From positions 160,001 through 224,000 of the forward strand of contig CBDCKN010000012.1 of assembly GCA_965218295.1 (NCBI GenBank): DNA of 64,000 nucleotides. Direction: 5' to 3'. Position 1 is the first letter of the stretch, and every line of letters starts with the position of its first letter. The notes under the pieces are model-generated. The model worked only from the letters and a program-made list of their open reading frames with translations, searched no databases and was not told the origin of the DNA. Origin of the DNA: Longimicrobiales bacterium (GTDB lineage: Bacteria > Gemmatimonadota > Gemmatimonadetes > Longimicrobiales > Gaopeijiaceae). A program made the translations under genes and the position numbers. Of this stretch, positions 37,861 through 48,651 are shown piece by piece.

Positions 37861-38889
37861 TCAGCGGCTCGGGCCGGAGCTCCGGGTCGGGACCGGCAGT
37901 GGGAGCTCCGGCCTTGCGGTGTGCTGCGGGGCGGGAGCGCGGGTGGCTGCCACCGGTGCCGGCTCGCGCTCGGCCTGGCGCTCGCGGCTTCGGGTGAGCA
38001 CGAAGTCGGAGATCTTCTGCGCGTCGGCCGCGGCGCGGCGGATCTCGCGCGGATCTTCTTCGAGCGCCTGGATCCAGCCCTCGACGTAGGCGGCCCCCCG
38101 GCTCGGGTCGTGGCCGACGCCCACGCGCTCGCCCGTCATCATTGCGCTGATCTCCGCCCGTAGCTCCTCCTTCGCATAGGCCGGTGAGCCGAACCCTTCG
38201 CCGATCCCTTCGATCAGCGTTGGGCGGTTCATCCGTTCCGGATGGCCGGTGCTGTGCCCCAGCTCGTGCAGGGCGGTCTGGTAGTAGTGGTTGGCCGAAG
38301 GGAACTGCACCCGCTCGGGGAGCACGATCTCGTCGCGGTTCAGGTTGTAGAACGCCCGGTCTCCCGCCACGTGGCGGACGGGGACTCCGCTGTCTTCCAG
38401 CACCCTCTCGGCCTGCTGGTGCACCTTCCAGAGCGGCTCGGCAGTGGGCGTCGGCCGAGCCGGCAGCCCGTCCGCCTGTTCAGCGTTGAAGACGGTGTAC
38501 TGCCGGACGACGGGCGTGGGCATCCGCTCGTGGCGGTAGACGCGATTGCCTTCGTTGTCCCTGACGGGCCGGCCGCGCTCGTCGTTGACGGCGATCTTCC
38601 GGTGGTCCTGGAACGAGAGGATGCGGGTGCCCTGCTCGCCTTTCCGCACCTGTCCGTCCCGGGCTTGGATCTGGAGGTAGGTTCCCCAGCGGACGTCGCC
38701 GTAGCCGCGCTCCTGCTGGACGGCGGCAAGGTGCACGCTGTTTCCTCCCGCGTAGGAGCGTCCCGTATCGACGTTCGCGGGGAGCACACGCTCGCCCGGT
38801 CCCCAGGGCTTCTGCCACGGTGCCGTGCCCTGGCGGATCTGCTCGATGATCGCATCGGCGAACTGGCGGTGATATTCGTCGTGTTTCAT
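37861..38889 (-). CDS. ardC: ArdC-family ssDNA-binding antirestriction protein with zincin-like domain
   Basis: GTAPWQKPW, YAGGN, WGTYLQ..QVRKGEQG, YTVFNAEQ, LHELGHSTGH..R, YAKEELRAEI. Confidence 0.88.
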   Translation of the reverse strand: MKHDEYHRQFADAIIEQIRQGTAPWQKPWGPGERVLPANVDTGRSYAGGNSVHLAAVQQERGYGDVRWGTYLQIQARDGQVRKGEQGTRILSFQDHRKIAVNDERGRPVRDNEGNRVYRHERMPTPVVRQYTVFNAEQADGLPARPTPTAEPLWKVHQQAERVLEDSGVPVRHVAGDRAFYNLNRDEIVLPERVQFPSANHYYQTALHELGHSTGHPERMNRPTLIEGIGEGFGSPAYAKEELRAEISAMMTGERVGVGHDPSRGAAYVEGWIQALEEDPREIRRAAADAQKISDFVLTRSRERQAEREPAPVAATRAPAPQHTARPELPLPVPTRSSGPSR

Positions 38890-39116
38890 AGCTCTTCCTC
38901 CTCGGGGCCGTGCGGATCCTCCGAGGCGTCTCGGATCTCGTCCTCGCTGCCCACGTCCTCGGAGAAGAGGCCGTACTCTTCGGCCAATGAGGCCGGCACC
39001 TCGAGGGCCTCACCCCCGTCCCGCGCGAGCTCGCGGTCGAAGTCGTCGAGCGTCTCGACGCGAACGATCTTGTCGTCGCTTTCCATGGCCTCACTCCTTT
39101 TCTGTTTGTTCTTCAT
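38886..39116 (-). CDS. Small acidic hypothetical protein
   Basis: Overlaps neighbouring genes at both ends, consistent with operon coupling; very acidic. Confidence 0.6.
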   Translation of the reverse strand: MKNKQKRSEAMESDDKIVRVETLDDFDRELARDGGEALEVPASLAEEYGLFSEDVGSEDEIRDASEDPHGPEEEEL

Positions 39117-40074
39117 CGTCCTTCCTCCAGACGGGTTCGGTGAGCCAGCGGTTGGCGGCCGCCTCGTAGCCCTTCACACGGAGCGCTTCCTCGACGAACC
39201 GCCGGCCCCCTCGCCGGGTCATGTGGAGGACGAGATGGATCCCGTCGACCACGCCCCGGCAGGTGACCTCCCAGGGGAGCGCCCCTCCGGCCTGCATGGC
39301 GCAGCTCGCCAGGCGCGAGAGCGCCGAGCGGGCGTTGTTCGCGTGGACGGTGGTGAGCGATCCCCCGTGGCCGGTGTTCAGCGCCTGGAGGAGATCGGCG
39401 GCTTCGCCGCCCCTGACCTCGCCGACGACGATGTGGTCGGGCCGGTGGCGGAGCGCGTGCCGCACCAGGTCACGGATCGACACGGGCGCCTCGGAGCCCA
39501 CCGCCCCGGCCTCGAACCGCAGGCAGTTGGTCCGGTCGATCCTGAGCTCGAGCGTGTCCTCGATGGCGACGATCCGCTCCTCCTCTGGGAGCAGTTCGAT
39601 CAGGGCGTTCAGCAGTGTGGTCTTCCCCGAGCCGGTGCCTCCGGAGACCAGGATGTTCCGGCGGGAGGCCAGCACCTTCCGGGCGGCGCGGAACACCGTC
39701 TCTGGCATGGCGCCCTGGCCGACGAGGTCGTCGGCTGAGAACGCGCGGCCCCCGAACCGGCGGATCGTCATAGCCACGTGGGGGCTCGCGGGCGGCGTGC
39801 AGATGGCGACGCGGGAGCCGTCCTCGAGCCGCGCGTCGAGGATGGGCCGTGTGGCCGGATCGAGCCCGAGCGGCCTGGCGATGTGGATCGCCGCCCGGTG
39901 GAGCGCGGCGGCGGTGAGCGCCGGTGCCTCGAGGGGCTCGAGCTGACCGCCGCGCTCGACCCAGACGTTGCCGGGGCCGTTGATCATCAGCTCGGAGACC
40001 TCCGGATCCTCGAGCACGGCCTCGAGGCCCGGCAGGAACGGTCGCAGGTGCGCGATCCCGCTGGCGCGCTTCAT
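39091..40074 (-). CDS. VirB11/TrbB/CpaF-family secretion ATPase
   Basis: DPEVSELMING, Walker A GGTGSGKTT, IEDTLEL, LRHRPDHIVVGEVRG, NTGHGGSLTTVHAN. Confidence 0.92.
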   Translation of the reverse strand: MKRASGIAHLRPFLPGLEAVLEDPEVSELMINGPGNVWVERGGQLEPLEAPALTAAALHRAAIHIARPLGLDPATRPILDARLEDGSRVAICTPPASPHVAMTIRRFGGRAFSADDLVGQGAMPETVFRAARKVLASRRNILVSGGTGSGKTTLLNALIELLPEEERIVAIEDTLELRIDRTNCLRFEAGAVGSEAPVSIRDLVRHALRHRPDHIVVGEVRGGEAADLLQALNTGHGGSLTTVHANNARSALSRLASCAMQAGGALPWEVTCRGVVDGIHLVLHMTRRGGRRFVEEALRVKGYEAAANRWLTEPVWRKDDEEQTEKE

Positions 40075-41354
40075 AGCCGGCCATCCTCGCGGAGCCGCCA
40101 GTAGCCCACGTCCCTCGGCAGGTAGTGGGGCTTCAGGTAGACGCGCCGGGCCGGAAGGGACTTCGTGCCGTCGTAGGGCAGGCAGATCGCCTGGTAGTTG
40201 GCGAGGAGTGTGAAGTCCCTCGGCGTGAACACCGGCTCCCGGGCCTGCCGGAACGACTTGCTCGCGCCGATCGTGCCCCGTCCGCCTCCGGCGCGTCCCG
40301 AGAGCAGCGAGAACTCCGGCCGGCCCGTGGTCTCGGTGAACGTGTAGGAGGGCTGCGTCTTCATGACGCTGCCGCACATCTCCGAGGCGATCCTGGCCGA
40401 GGACTCGTCGGAGAGCGACAGGAAGATCCGGGTGCGGAGCGTCTGGACCAGCGTGCGCCAGGCCTCCGTGCCCGACAGCACGGAGCGGAGCGAGGAGATC
40501 GACTGCGTGGCCACGATCGGGATGCAGCGGCACTGCCGCGTCAACGCGAACGCCTTCTCGTCGCCAGCGGGGTCGTCCTGGCCCACGGTGGCGAACGCCT
40601 GGTACTCGTCGCAGATGAACACTGCGGGCCGGAGGTAGCGGCCGGGCCGGCGGGCGGCCTCGGCGGGCCGGCGTAGGAGCGCCTGCATCCAGGCGTTCTT
40701 GAGCAGCACGCCGATCGCGCGACCGAGCGCCGGGTTGGCGCCCGCGGGCATGTTGAGGGCGAGGACCCGGCCCGACTCGATCAGCTCGGCGAGCGGCGGC
40801 AGCCGGCGGCGGAGGCCCGGCATGGGCCGGACGGCCTCGGGGTCCTCGTCCGGCGCAGCACTATACATATGTATGGATTCGTCCGGGTCCGGAGCCGGCG
40901 GACAGAACACGCTCGCGACCTGCGGCTGGTCGAAGAGCGAGAGGAAGACGGAGATGCCCTCGACGATCGAGGTGCGGAGCTTGGCATCGAGCGCCATCCA
41001 GTCATGGAGGTACCACCGCTCGATGGCCTCCACCTGGTCCTTGAGTTCGCTCCCCGCGCCGCTCTCGCCTTCCTCGGTCTCGAACGGGATCTTGAGCTCG
41101 GCGAGCCGATCCCGGAGGACCGGGTCGAGCCGGCACGTCACCGTGTCCTCACCGGAGGTATATATCCAGACCCAGTCATTCAGCGCTTCCGGATGGCCGA
41201 TCATGTCGTCGTGGGAGATGACGACGCGCGCCGGGCACGCCTCAGCCACCAGGTCCTGGGCCTCGCGGATTCTCTCGGCGAATAGTTCCGCGTCGATCGT
41301 GCAGCGGTAGACGTCCTGCAGCGTGACCCAGCCCCCCGGCAAGAGCCGGTGCAA
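40071..41354 (-). pseudogene. VirD4/TraD-like type IV coupling protein, C-terminal part (Walker A region missing)
   Basis: FICDEYQAF Walker B, VATQSISSL, ASEMCG; ORF begins abruptly at a junction with unrelated lower-GC DNA. Confidence 0.75.
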
Positions 41355-41762
41355 CCTATCTAAAAGGCTCGTAAGTCGTTGTGGCTAAAAGCTCATCTGC
41401 TCTGGGTATCTGTATTGTGCCCCCAGAGTTGCCCCATAATCGCACCCGCATCCAGCGCTCGCCATCAGCGTCCATTGCGATCCAGCATAGCGGAGCCATC
41501 GTCTCGGCCCCGCGGGTGCCAGCTGGCCGGCGCGACCGCCCCACAGGGCAGCCTAGTAAGAATCATGCTATATCATCCTATCGGGTCCGATAATGTATAA
41601 CCTAGGATGTGGTACCACTCTTGGGGGCAGGTCAGTTCACTGCCGTGGGCCATGAAGAACAACAAGGCACTCGACGACAAGGGGCGTCCGACGCCCGCGA
41701 CGAAGGGACGGAAAAGGAAGAGCTGGGACTTCCGTTCTGCCCCTAATCGCCCCGGCTGGAAG

Positions 41763-44700
41763 CTAAGGGTCGGCGGTGGGGTCAAAGCCGAGGTTTCTGG
41801 CCCAATCGAAAGCTTGCTCCAAAAGCTTCCGCTGCGAAGGCATCAGCTGGTCCCCTGCCTGAATGAGTCGGGGAAGTGCCTCAAGTTGATCGTAGACCGA
41901 CCACTCCACTTGGGGTCGCAGGACGATCCAGCGACACAATCGACGAACCAAGACCTCCTCTGGCACTGGTGCCGGAGGGACGGCAGCAGTTGCGCGCTCA
42001 ACCTCAACATCGACCTCCCCGGTCGAGGTCGCGAAACCTGCCCGATCCCTCACGACAACGCCTGAGGTCTCGACCGGGGAAGGAACGAGATCGGGGGACT
42101 CCGAGATATCAGGCACCTCGACTTCGACTGCGGGATCCATGAGCGTCTGCATGGCGTCCCGAGTAGGTTGCCGGGCGAGCCCCTTGAGGACCATATCGAT
42201 CTCTCTTTCGGGATTGAGAAGCCACCTTCGCCCCGAGACTCGGTGCACGGGCCACCCAGCACGCTCTATTATGTCCTGACGTTGGTAATCCTCGGGCCTG
42301 AGTTGCCCCAAATCGTCCATCTTCCAATCCCCGTCGCATTCCACCGCTAGCTGGCGCCCGCCGGAGTCCTCTACGACCAAGTCGATCAGATATCGACCAC
42401 AAGGAACCTGTGTCGTGACTCGCAGTTCGTGGTCCCGCAGTCTATTGCAAACGGCTTCCTCGAATCGGCTATCGAATTGATCGGGCCATTCTCCCTCTAC
42501 ATCCCAAGCTTCTGCTCGATCATGCACTCCTTTCGCGTGTTCCAGGAAGCCTCGGATGGCGCCGTTCGGGAACTGGTGCACTGGCAACGAAACGAAGCAG
42601 ATCGCCCTCTCCTTCGCTCTAGTGAATGCGACGTTCAGCCTCTCTTCATACCGTTGAATGGTCGTGATCGAGCCCGCATGGCTCGAGGGACCTTGTCGAA
42701 AGGAGTAGAGGATGATGTGGCGCTCGTCACCCTGAAACCCGTCTGCCGTCGAAGCGACAATCTGGTGCCGTTTGATCAAGTCTGGGTCTTGGTGGAACTC
42801 TCGAGCCAGAAGTAGCTGGATTAACTCCGCTTGATGCCGAAACGGAGAGATAGCACCTATCGTCTTGCCCCTACCCTCTCCTGATGTGATAAGGCGGCGG
42901 ATCTCGCTTACCACCGCTGCACATTCCTGAGGGTTAACTTTTCTGTCACGGTCCTCGTCGGCCTGCATGAGCTCTCGCACTTCGAGGGGGAACCTCGCCC
43001 GGTCAGGCACACGACGAGTGAGGATCTGGAGCTGATTGTCGTAGAATCGGTCATTTGACCACCGGATAATGGCTGGGTCGCAGCGAAAATGCTCGTCTAG
43101 AAACCGGCTCGCATTACTGCAGGCTTCGGCAAGTTCCAGCAGACTCCCCTTGCCGTCCAGAAAATGAGCCTTGGGGTGTCGGTCGATCTGGTACTCCGCC
43201 TGAAGCAACCGTACAGTGTTTCCTGAGAGGAACATGGAGGTCACTGGCTGTAGCTGCTTCTTGTCACCTACGACGATCATCTTCCTTGCCCTGAACGCCA
43301 AAGGAAGGGCCGTCGCTTGGCTGCACTGGGATGCTTCGTCAACAATCAGATAGTCGAACAGGCCCGCCTTCGGCGGGAACAGGCGCGCCGCATCATCGAT
43401 AGTGCAGATCCAACAGGGGAACACTCTCAACACAGCGTCGTAGTCGATCGAGTCTCTCAAGGCTAACAACGAGTCGTTGAGACGCTTTCGCGCTAACAGC
43501 TTCCTGAGTGTCAGTAGGGGAACGCGGATCGCTGGAAACTGCAGCGCCTTATACGCGGCTAGTTCCCGTTTCCTCTTGATGATCTCCGAAATCATCCTGC
43601 GACGCTTCTCTTGACCCTTACTGAGTGCCTCTGAGATCTCCTCCAGATTGTCCGGATGCACCGACAGACTGCCTCTAATCAGACCGGAAAGGCGATGGGC
43701 TTCCATCGCCTTTTCAGCTTCACGGAGCCAATCAGGAATCTCTCTGCGGTCCTGAATGAGCGATCGGATTTCTTCGAGTGTATTGGAAAGGTGAGACAGT
43801 TCGACCGTTTCCAAGTCAAGCATCCGTCGGTAGTACCCGTAGTTGCGGGTCAACCTCTTAAGCTGTCCGAGGGCTTCCGACGCTTCTTCCGACAGGACGC
43901 CTTCTTGGATTCCGTCCGCCACGGCTGCAACCCGCCCCCGCCAGGGTTCTTGCAGACTTAGCGCACCGATTAGGCCACTTGTGACACTCTGGCGGGCAAT
44001 CCACCGTCGTGCCTCTTTCAGAGCGTCTGCCAGTAAGTCCCGTGAATCTGCGGTAGCAAGGAGGTGAGGATTTCCGTCGTCCCCAAACGCACTATTGAAA
44101 TCCTCCAGCGGTATCGTTTCCAACTGAATGAGCATCTGAACAGCGGTATCCGCCCGCGACGCTACGCGAAGGACAAGCTCCTTGCCCCTCGGCCGAGTTG
44201 ACCCAAGGGACTCCAGCGGGACACGGGGGAGAAGGTCGTTGAATTGAATCTCAGCTTCGGTGTAGGATTCCAACCACAGCAGGGCGTTGTTGATGTCACG
44301 GAGATCCGACAGTCGACTCCCCCTTCGCACACCGAAGTCCCACTCTCTCAGGCGACGTCGGGACCGGTATACTTCTGGGCTAAGGAACCACCATAGGAGA
44401 TTGGAACCGCGTTCGCGTAGTATCTCAGCATCCTTGCGGATCCGACCTGCGCCAGCTTCCAGCGCGTTCCAGTCGTACTCTGAGCCCCTTAGGGTCGAAG
44501 CCTGGAAAAATCTGGTCAGGCTCCGCATACTGGCCAGCCATTTATCGAGTCGCTCTCTCCGTATCGAGGAGAGGGCCTCAAGCCAATTGCTTAGTGTATC
44601 GACCTCCTCGGGACGCTGACCGAGATCTCGGAGGTTTCGTTCGATAGCGGGACCCTCTGAAGCGAGCCATTCCTCCAGCCGCGAGATAACAGCAAGAGGC

Positions 44701-46409
44701 TGATCTCGGTCTAAAGCGGTCAGGCGCTCCGCGATACTACGACCAGAATCACTGACAGGAGTGTCGAGGGACTCCGCACTCTCAATCAGATTTAAGAGAG
44801 TCTTGGCAATCCCCGTCTCTCTTACACGGGTCGTCTGAGGGCCATCTGGTCGAAAGACGGCTTCGAACGAGGGAAGCCCCGAGAGAAGGGGTTGGAACAG
44901 GTTCGCCCACTCCCGCAGAAGTCTCGCAGTTTCCTGCGGTTGCTCTTCCACAGGGTCGTCTAGGGGAGACATCTGGTCGTACTCGCGGAGGTCCTCATAG
45001 CGAGAGAAGCTCGGGAATTCCTCATGCTCGAGACGTCGGAGTTCCATGAAACGCCGGCTAAGCCGCCGGAGCTCTCGGTCGTTCTGTAGCTGTGCCGCCT
45101 GCCCCCGTTCGATGGACTCCGCAGTGAGGTGGTCCGGAGGACGGTCCTGTATGCCCTCCAGCTGTGTCCGCAACTTCTGTAACGATTCTTGATCGCCAGA
45201 CAGCATCGATAGAGCTAGTCCGTCGAATCCGCTGAGCATCTTGCTCAGCACCTCCATCGCCTTTCGCTGGTGACTCGTCACGAGTACGGAGTGGCCTTCG
45301 GTAACCAGGTGGCAAACCAGATTGGCGATCGTTTGGGACTTGCCGGTTCCGGGTGGTCCTTGGACGGTCAGGACATCGACACGGGTGGCCGTCTGGGCAA
45401 CTTCACGTTGGGCCCGATTCGATGGAAACGGGAACCACAGCGGGTCTCCGCCGTCTGCAGTATCCTCAAACGGGAGGTGTATCGCGTCGAACTCGGGCGC
45501 TCCCTCTCGGGGAACATCTCCGACGATTTGGGCGAGGACGCTGTCGCCCCCGGGATTGGACTGTGCCCCGATCGCTCTGAGATCGGACAGAAGAAACGCG
45601 TAGGAGCGGGGCCCGTTCGCGAGAACCGGCCTCATCGTAATGAGAGCGGGGTTTGGGTCCTTGAGAGAACCCAGCTGTTGCAGGAATTCCTTCAGCGAGC
45701 AGTCTAATGCGGCGATTTCTTCGCACTGGGCCAGAGGTTCGAAAATCCCTGTGAGCACCTGTATCAGTTCAGGGATCCTGGCCGGTCCGAAACCATCATC
45801 GTAGAGGAGAGGTAGGAGTTTCTCGTTTGCAAGTGAGATGTCATCGGGGTCATCCGCCAACTTGCCCAGGAGAATCGTGTTCAGGTCAGGGGTACTGTTC
45901 CTTCGGCGTAGACGGACTTCACGGCTCCTCGGGTCGTAGTCAATATCCATCTCCCAGACCAACAAAGGCCCCGTGATGAGTCTCCGGCCCATCCGAGCCC
46001 CAATGAGTGGGAACCCCAGCAGCGTTTCCCGGTTGTGAGGATCGTTTCGCTGCTTTCTTGCTATTCGGCGCAGTGTTGCCGCAGCTTGGGGGTCAGGGCC
46101 CTCTAGCTGTTCGCCCTGCCCCGTAGAGTCCTGTTCGTCGCCAGCGGCTTCCTCCTCTTCTAGCCCCGCCAACTCAAGCTCTGCGTCCTCCGCCTCCGAA
46201 CTAGAGTTGACCTCGAGTTTCAGGCAGAGCTGCGCCGCTTCAAAGATCTCCTCGTCGCCCTGGGCGAAGCTCGCCAAGTCCGCTGTGAGGCCATACCGCA
46301 GGGCCTTCCGCAGGTCATGAAGGTGTGTAGCTCCGGACTGAGAGCGGAGAAGCGCGTCATAGAACTTCGCGAGGCGCGGGGTCCAGGCTCGCCAATCGAA
46401 CTCAGCCAT
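41763..46409 (-). CDS. SF1 (DNA2/NAM7/UPF1-type) helicase with C-terminal Vsr/MTES_1575-like PD-(D/E)xK nuclease; putative Zorya-like effector
   Basis: VQGPPGTGKSQT, IVDEASQ, VGDKKQL, EHFRC, ISPFRHQ, TADGFQGDE, RLNVAFTRAK; FDSRFE...YLIDLVV...LAVECDG...RQDIIERAGWPVHRV. Confidence 0.9.
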   Translation of the reverse strand: MAEFDWRAWTPRLAKFYDALLRSQSGATHLHDLRKALRYGLTADLASFAQGDEEIFEAAQLCLKLEVNSSSEAEDAELELAGLEEEEAAGDEQDSTGQGEQLEGPDPQAAATLRRIARKQRNDPHNRETLLGFPLIGARMGRRLITGPLLVWEMDIDYDPRSREVRLRRRNSTPDLNTILLGKLADDPDDISLANEKLLPLLYDDGFGPARIPELIQVLTGIFEPLAQCEEIAALDCSLKEFLQQLGSLKDPNPALITMRPVLANGPRSYAFLLSDLRAIGAQSNPGGDSVLAQIVGDVPREGAPEFDAIHLPFEDTADGGDPLWFPFPSNRAQREVAQTATRVDVLTVQGPPGTGKSQTIANLVCHLVTEGHSVLVTSHQRKAMEVLSKMLSGFDGLALSMLSGDQESLQKLRTQLEGIQDRPPDHLTAESIERGQAAQLQNDRELRRLSRRFMELRRLEHEEFPSFSRYEDLREYDQMSPLDDPVEEQPQETARLLREWANLFQPLLSGLPSFEAVFRPDGPQTTRVRETGIAKTLLNLIESAESLDTPVSDSGRSIAERLTALDRDQPLAVISRLEEWLASEGPAIERNLRDLGQRPEEVDTLSNWLEALSSIRRERLDKWLASMRSLTRFFQASTLRGSEYDWNALEAGAGRIRKDAEILRERGSNLLWWFLSPEVYRSRRRLREWDFGVRRGSRLSDLRDINNALLWLESYTEAEIQFNDLLPRVPLESLGSTRPRGKELVLRVASRADTAVQMLIQLETIPLEDFNSAFGDDGNPHLLATADSRDLLADALKEARRWIARQSVTSGLIGALSLQEPWRGRVAAVADGIQEGVLSEEASEALGQLKRLTRNYGYYRRMLDLETVELSHLSNTLEEIRSLIQDRREIPDWLREAEKAMEAHRLSGLIRGSLSVHPDNLEEISEALSKGQEKRRRMISEIIKRKRELAAYKALQFPAIRVPLLTLRKLLARKRLNDSLLALRDSIDYDAVLRVFPCWICTIDDAARLFPPKAGLFDYLIVDEASQCSQATALPLAFRARKMIVVGDKKQLQPVTSMFLSGNTVRLLQAEYQIDRHPKAHFLDGKGSLLELAEACSNASRFLDEHFRCDPAIIRWSNDRFYDNQLQILTRRVPDRARFPLEVRELMQADEDRDRKVNPQECAAVVSEIRRLITSGEGRGKTIGAISPFRHQAELIQLLLAREFHQDPDLIKRHQIVASTADGFQGDERHIILYSFRQGPSSHAGSITTIQRYEERLNVAFTRAKERAICFVSLPVHQFPNGAIRGFLEHAKGVHDRAEAWDVEGEWPDQFDSRFEEAVCNRLRDHELRVTTQVPCGRYLIDLVVEDSGGRQLAVECDGDWKMDDLGQLRPEDYQRQDIIERAGWPVHRVSGRRWLLNPEREIDMVLKGLARQPTRDAMQTLMDPAVEVEVPDISESPDLVPSPVETSGVVVRDRAGFATSTGEVDVEVERATAAVPPAPVPEEVLVRRLCRWIVLRPQVEWSVYDQLEALPRLIQAGDQLMPSQRKLLEQAFDWARNLGFDPTADP

Positions 46410-46848
46410 CTGGATTCTCCGGAAGAATCCCCTCCTGTGAGTACCGAAGGACGATCTCTATGCGACGGTCTCTCGCTAGTGCGAGTGCGGTCGTGTCCGA
46501 AGGGTCAGAAAGTGGATGGAACTCTCCCCTTCCGACAGAACTGAGCCTAGCGTTTTGGAGGAGCGATGACGACGAGAAGAGACGGACCACTTCAGTCGCC
46601 CTTCGAGCGGAGAGTTGCCAGTTGTCCTCGATCCCAGCCTGTTGGCAGACTATTCCGGTGACACCCTGCCGGTCGGCGTGCCCCTCTACCTGCACTGACT
46701 CAAAATAGGATTCCTGGTCGCCAAGGACTGCCCCTAGCACTATGAGGAGTTCACGCCCCGTCGGCCTCAGGTCGTCACGGCACTCCTCAAAGACCAACTC
46801 TCCCGTAACGGAACCTGTCAACGCCAGTGAGACACTCTTGGAAATCAA

Positions 46849-47856
46849 TTAGAGAGCAATCTCCTGTGTAGTGAGGGATGGGGTGGGAGGATTGATCCAG
46901 ACGGCCTCCGGGAGTGGTTTAGGCTTCGGCTCACCGGAGACGAAGCGCTCGGGATGAGCGGCCCATGCCTCACGGAGCACGGCCTTCCTGCAGGCGATGA
47001 TCCGATCGGCGTGACCGAAGTGGACCTGTTCGGGGGTCAGCATCGAGATGCCGCCATGGCGGTGCTCGGCATTATACCAACGGAAGAACGAGCGACAGAA
47101 GGTCTTGGCTTGCCCCTGATCCCCGAACCGGCCGGGAAACGAGGGATGGTACTTCAAGGTCTTGAACTGAGCCTCGGAGAACGGATTGTCATCCGAGACC
47201 TGGGGTCGGCCCAACGAGCGGGTCACGCCGAGATCGGCGAGTAGTTGAGCCGTGCATTGGCTCGTCATCGGAGCCCCTCGATCGGAATGCAGGGTCAGGA
47301 GGTGGGGCTGGACGCCATGCTTCAAGCAACTCTGCTGGATCAGCCGGCTGGCCAGGGCAGAGTTCTCCCGATCCGCCACCATCCATCCCACGACGTAGCG
47401 GCTGAAGATGTCCAGGATCACGTAGAGGTAGAAGTAACTCCACTTCTTCGGCCCCAGCAGCCGGGTGATATCCCAGGACCAGACCTGGTTCGGGCCCCTC
47501 GCCATCAACTCGGGCTTCTGGTATTTGGGATGACTCCGCTGCGCTCGACGCTCCTGAACCGGCACCTGGGAAGCCAGAACGCGATACATCGTACGCTCGC
47601 TGCACAGGTAGACGTCCTCGTCGAGCAGCGTCGCCACCACCTCGGCTGGGGACCGGTCCACGAACCGCTCCGAACACAGGGTGTCGAAAATCTTGTCCCG
47701 CTCCCTCTCGCTTAAGGCCCGGGCGGGGGTCGGGCGGGGCTGCTGATGCCCGGTCGATGCACTCCGACGACGGTAGAACGTGGCTCGCGGCACCCTGAGC
47801 GCATCGCACGCGGGCTTCACCCCTACGTGCTTGGCTAGCTCCTGGGTCGCCTTCAT
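46849..47856 (-). CDS. IS3 family transposase OrfB (integrase core)
   Basis: PNQVWSWDIT, ILDIFSRYVVGW, HSDRGAPM, DNPFSEAQFKTLKY, WYNAEHRH. Confidence 0.93.
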   Translation of the reverse strand: MKATQELAKHVGVKPACDALRVPRATFYRRRSASTGHQQPRPTPARALSERERDKIFDTLCSERFVDRSPAEVVATLLDEDVYLCSERTMYRVLASQVPVQERRAQRSHPKYQKPELMARGPNQVWSWDITRLLGPKKWSYFYLYVILDIFSRYVVGWMVADRENSALASRLIQQSCLKHGVQPHLLTLHSDRGAPMTSQCTAQLLADLGVTRSLGRPQVSDDNPFSEAQFKTLKYHPSFPGRFGDQGQAKTFCRSFFRWYNAEHRHGGISMLTPEQVHFGHADRIIACRKAVLREAWAAHPERFVSGEPKPKPLPEAVWINPPTPSLTTQEIAL

Positions 47857-48302
47857 GAGTTCGTCCCGTCCTCGAGGCTCAATCCCAGCAGCCCTGCAAC
47901 TTTTCCCTGGACGTCGATGATCAAGTGCGCCTTCTGGAGCTCCTTTTCGAGGCGAGTGTTCTCGCGCTCCAGCTTGCGCACCTTCTCCTCCAGCGGATTG
48001 CGCTCGCGCTTACGGCCTCGTTTCTTCGACAGCGCTTTCAGGGACCCGCTATGCGCCGCCTTGCGCCATGTCGTCAGGTGCGACGAGTACAAGCCCTCCC
48101 GCCGTAGGAGTCGGCCAACCTCTCCGGGCTCCGTGCACCGGTCCGCTTCTTCGACGATCCGCAGCTTGTACGACGGAGCGAACCGCCGGCGCAGCGGCCT
48201 ATCTACCACCTCCGAGTCCGCAGGAGCTGCCGCGCTTCGCTTACCGTCCCAGGTTGGTGGGGCTATTCCATTCTCTTTCATTCTCTCTCGGTGTCTCAGC
48301 AT
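47853..48302 (-). CDS. IS3 family transposase OrfA (HTH + leucine zipper)
   Basis: RRRFAPSYKLRIV, LLRREGLYSSHLTTWR, coiled coil; ATGA overlap with orfB. Confidence 0.88.
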   Translation of the reverse strand: MLRHRERMKENGIAPPTWDGKRSAAAPADSEVVDRPLRRRFAPSYKLRIVEEADRCTEPGEVGRLLRREGLYSSHLTTWRKAAHSGSLKALSKKRGRKRERNPLEEKVRKLERENTRLEKELQKAHLIIDVQGKVAGLLGLSLEDGTNS

Positions 48303-48651
48303 CCTCGGTTTCTCTGCCTTCGCCCTACTCTAATTCCTTAGCTGCTCCGTGTCTCACGTAAGTTGGCAGAGAGGGTAACTCGGATCCGCTGACTAAGGCC
48401 GTCTTCACTCACAACCTCGACGTCGATTCCCTCCCGCCGACCAGCCTCTGCCCGGATCTGGACTGCGACTAGGTGCTTCCGGCGTTCAATTTCTTCTTGG
48501 ACGAAAATCTGTTCGTAATTGAGAAATTGGGCCAGGATGAACAACACAAAAACGAGAAGCATGGACAACGCCACATCGCCGAGTGTTGCCCAGTGCTTGG
48601 CCTCCTCATTTCGATGGTCGCCAGGGCTCGGAGACAGCCGCGTGTCCATGA

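Larger units (their letters stand above)
46810..48374 (-). mobile_element. IS3-family insertion sequence (1565 bp)
   Basis: Flanked by direct repeat GTAAC (46805-46809 and 48375-48379); subterminal imperfect IRs CTGTCAACGCCAGTGAGACAC / CTGCCAACTTACGTGAGACAC. Confidence 0.88.
46402..48649 (-). pseudogene. zorB: ZorB/MotB-like protein interrupted by IS3-family element
   Basis: 5' part 48375-48649 has TM WATLGDVALSMLLVFVLFIL; 3' part 46402-46804 has OmpA-like VEGHAD...NWQLSARRA...GRGEFHP...RDRRIEI; removing the IS and one GTAAC copy gives a 225-aa in-frame ORF. Confidence 0.85.
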
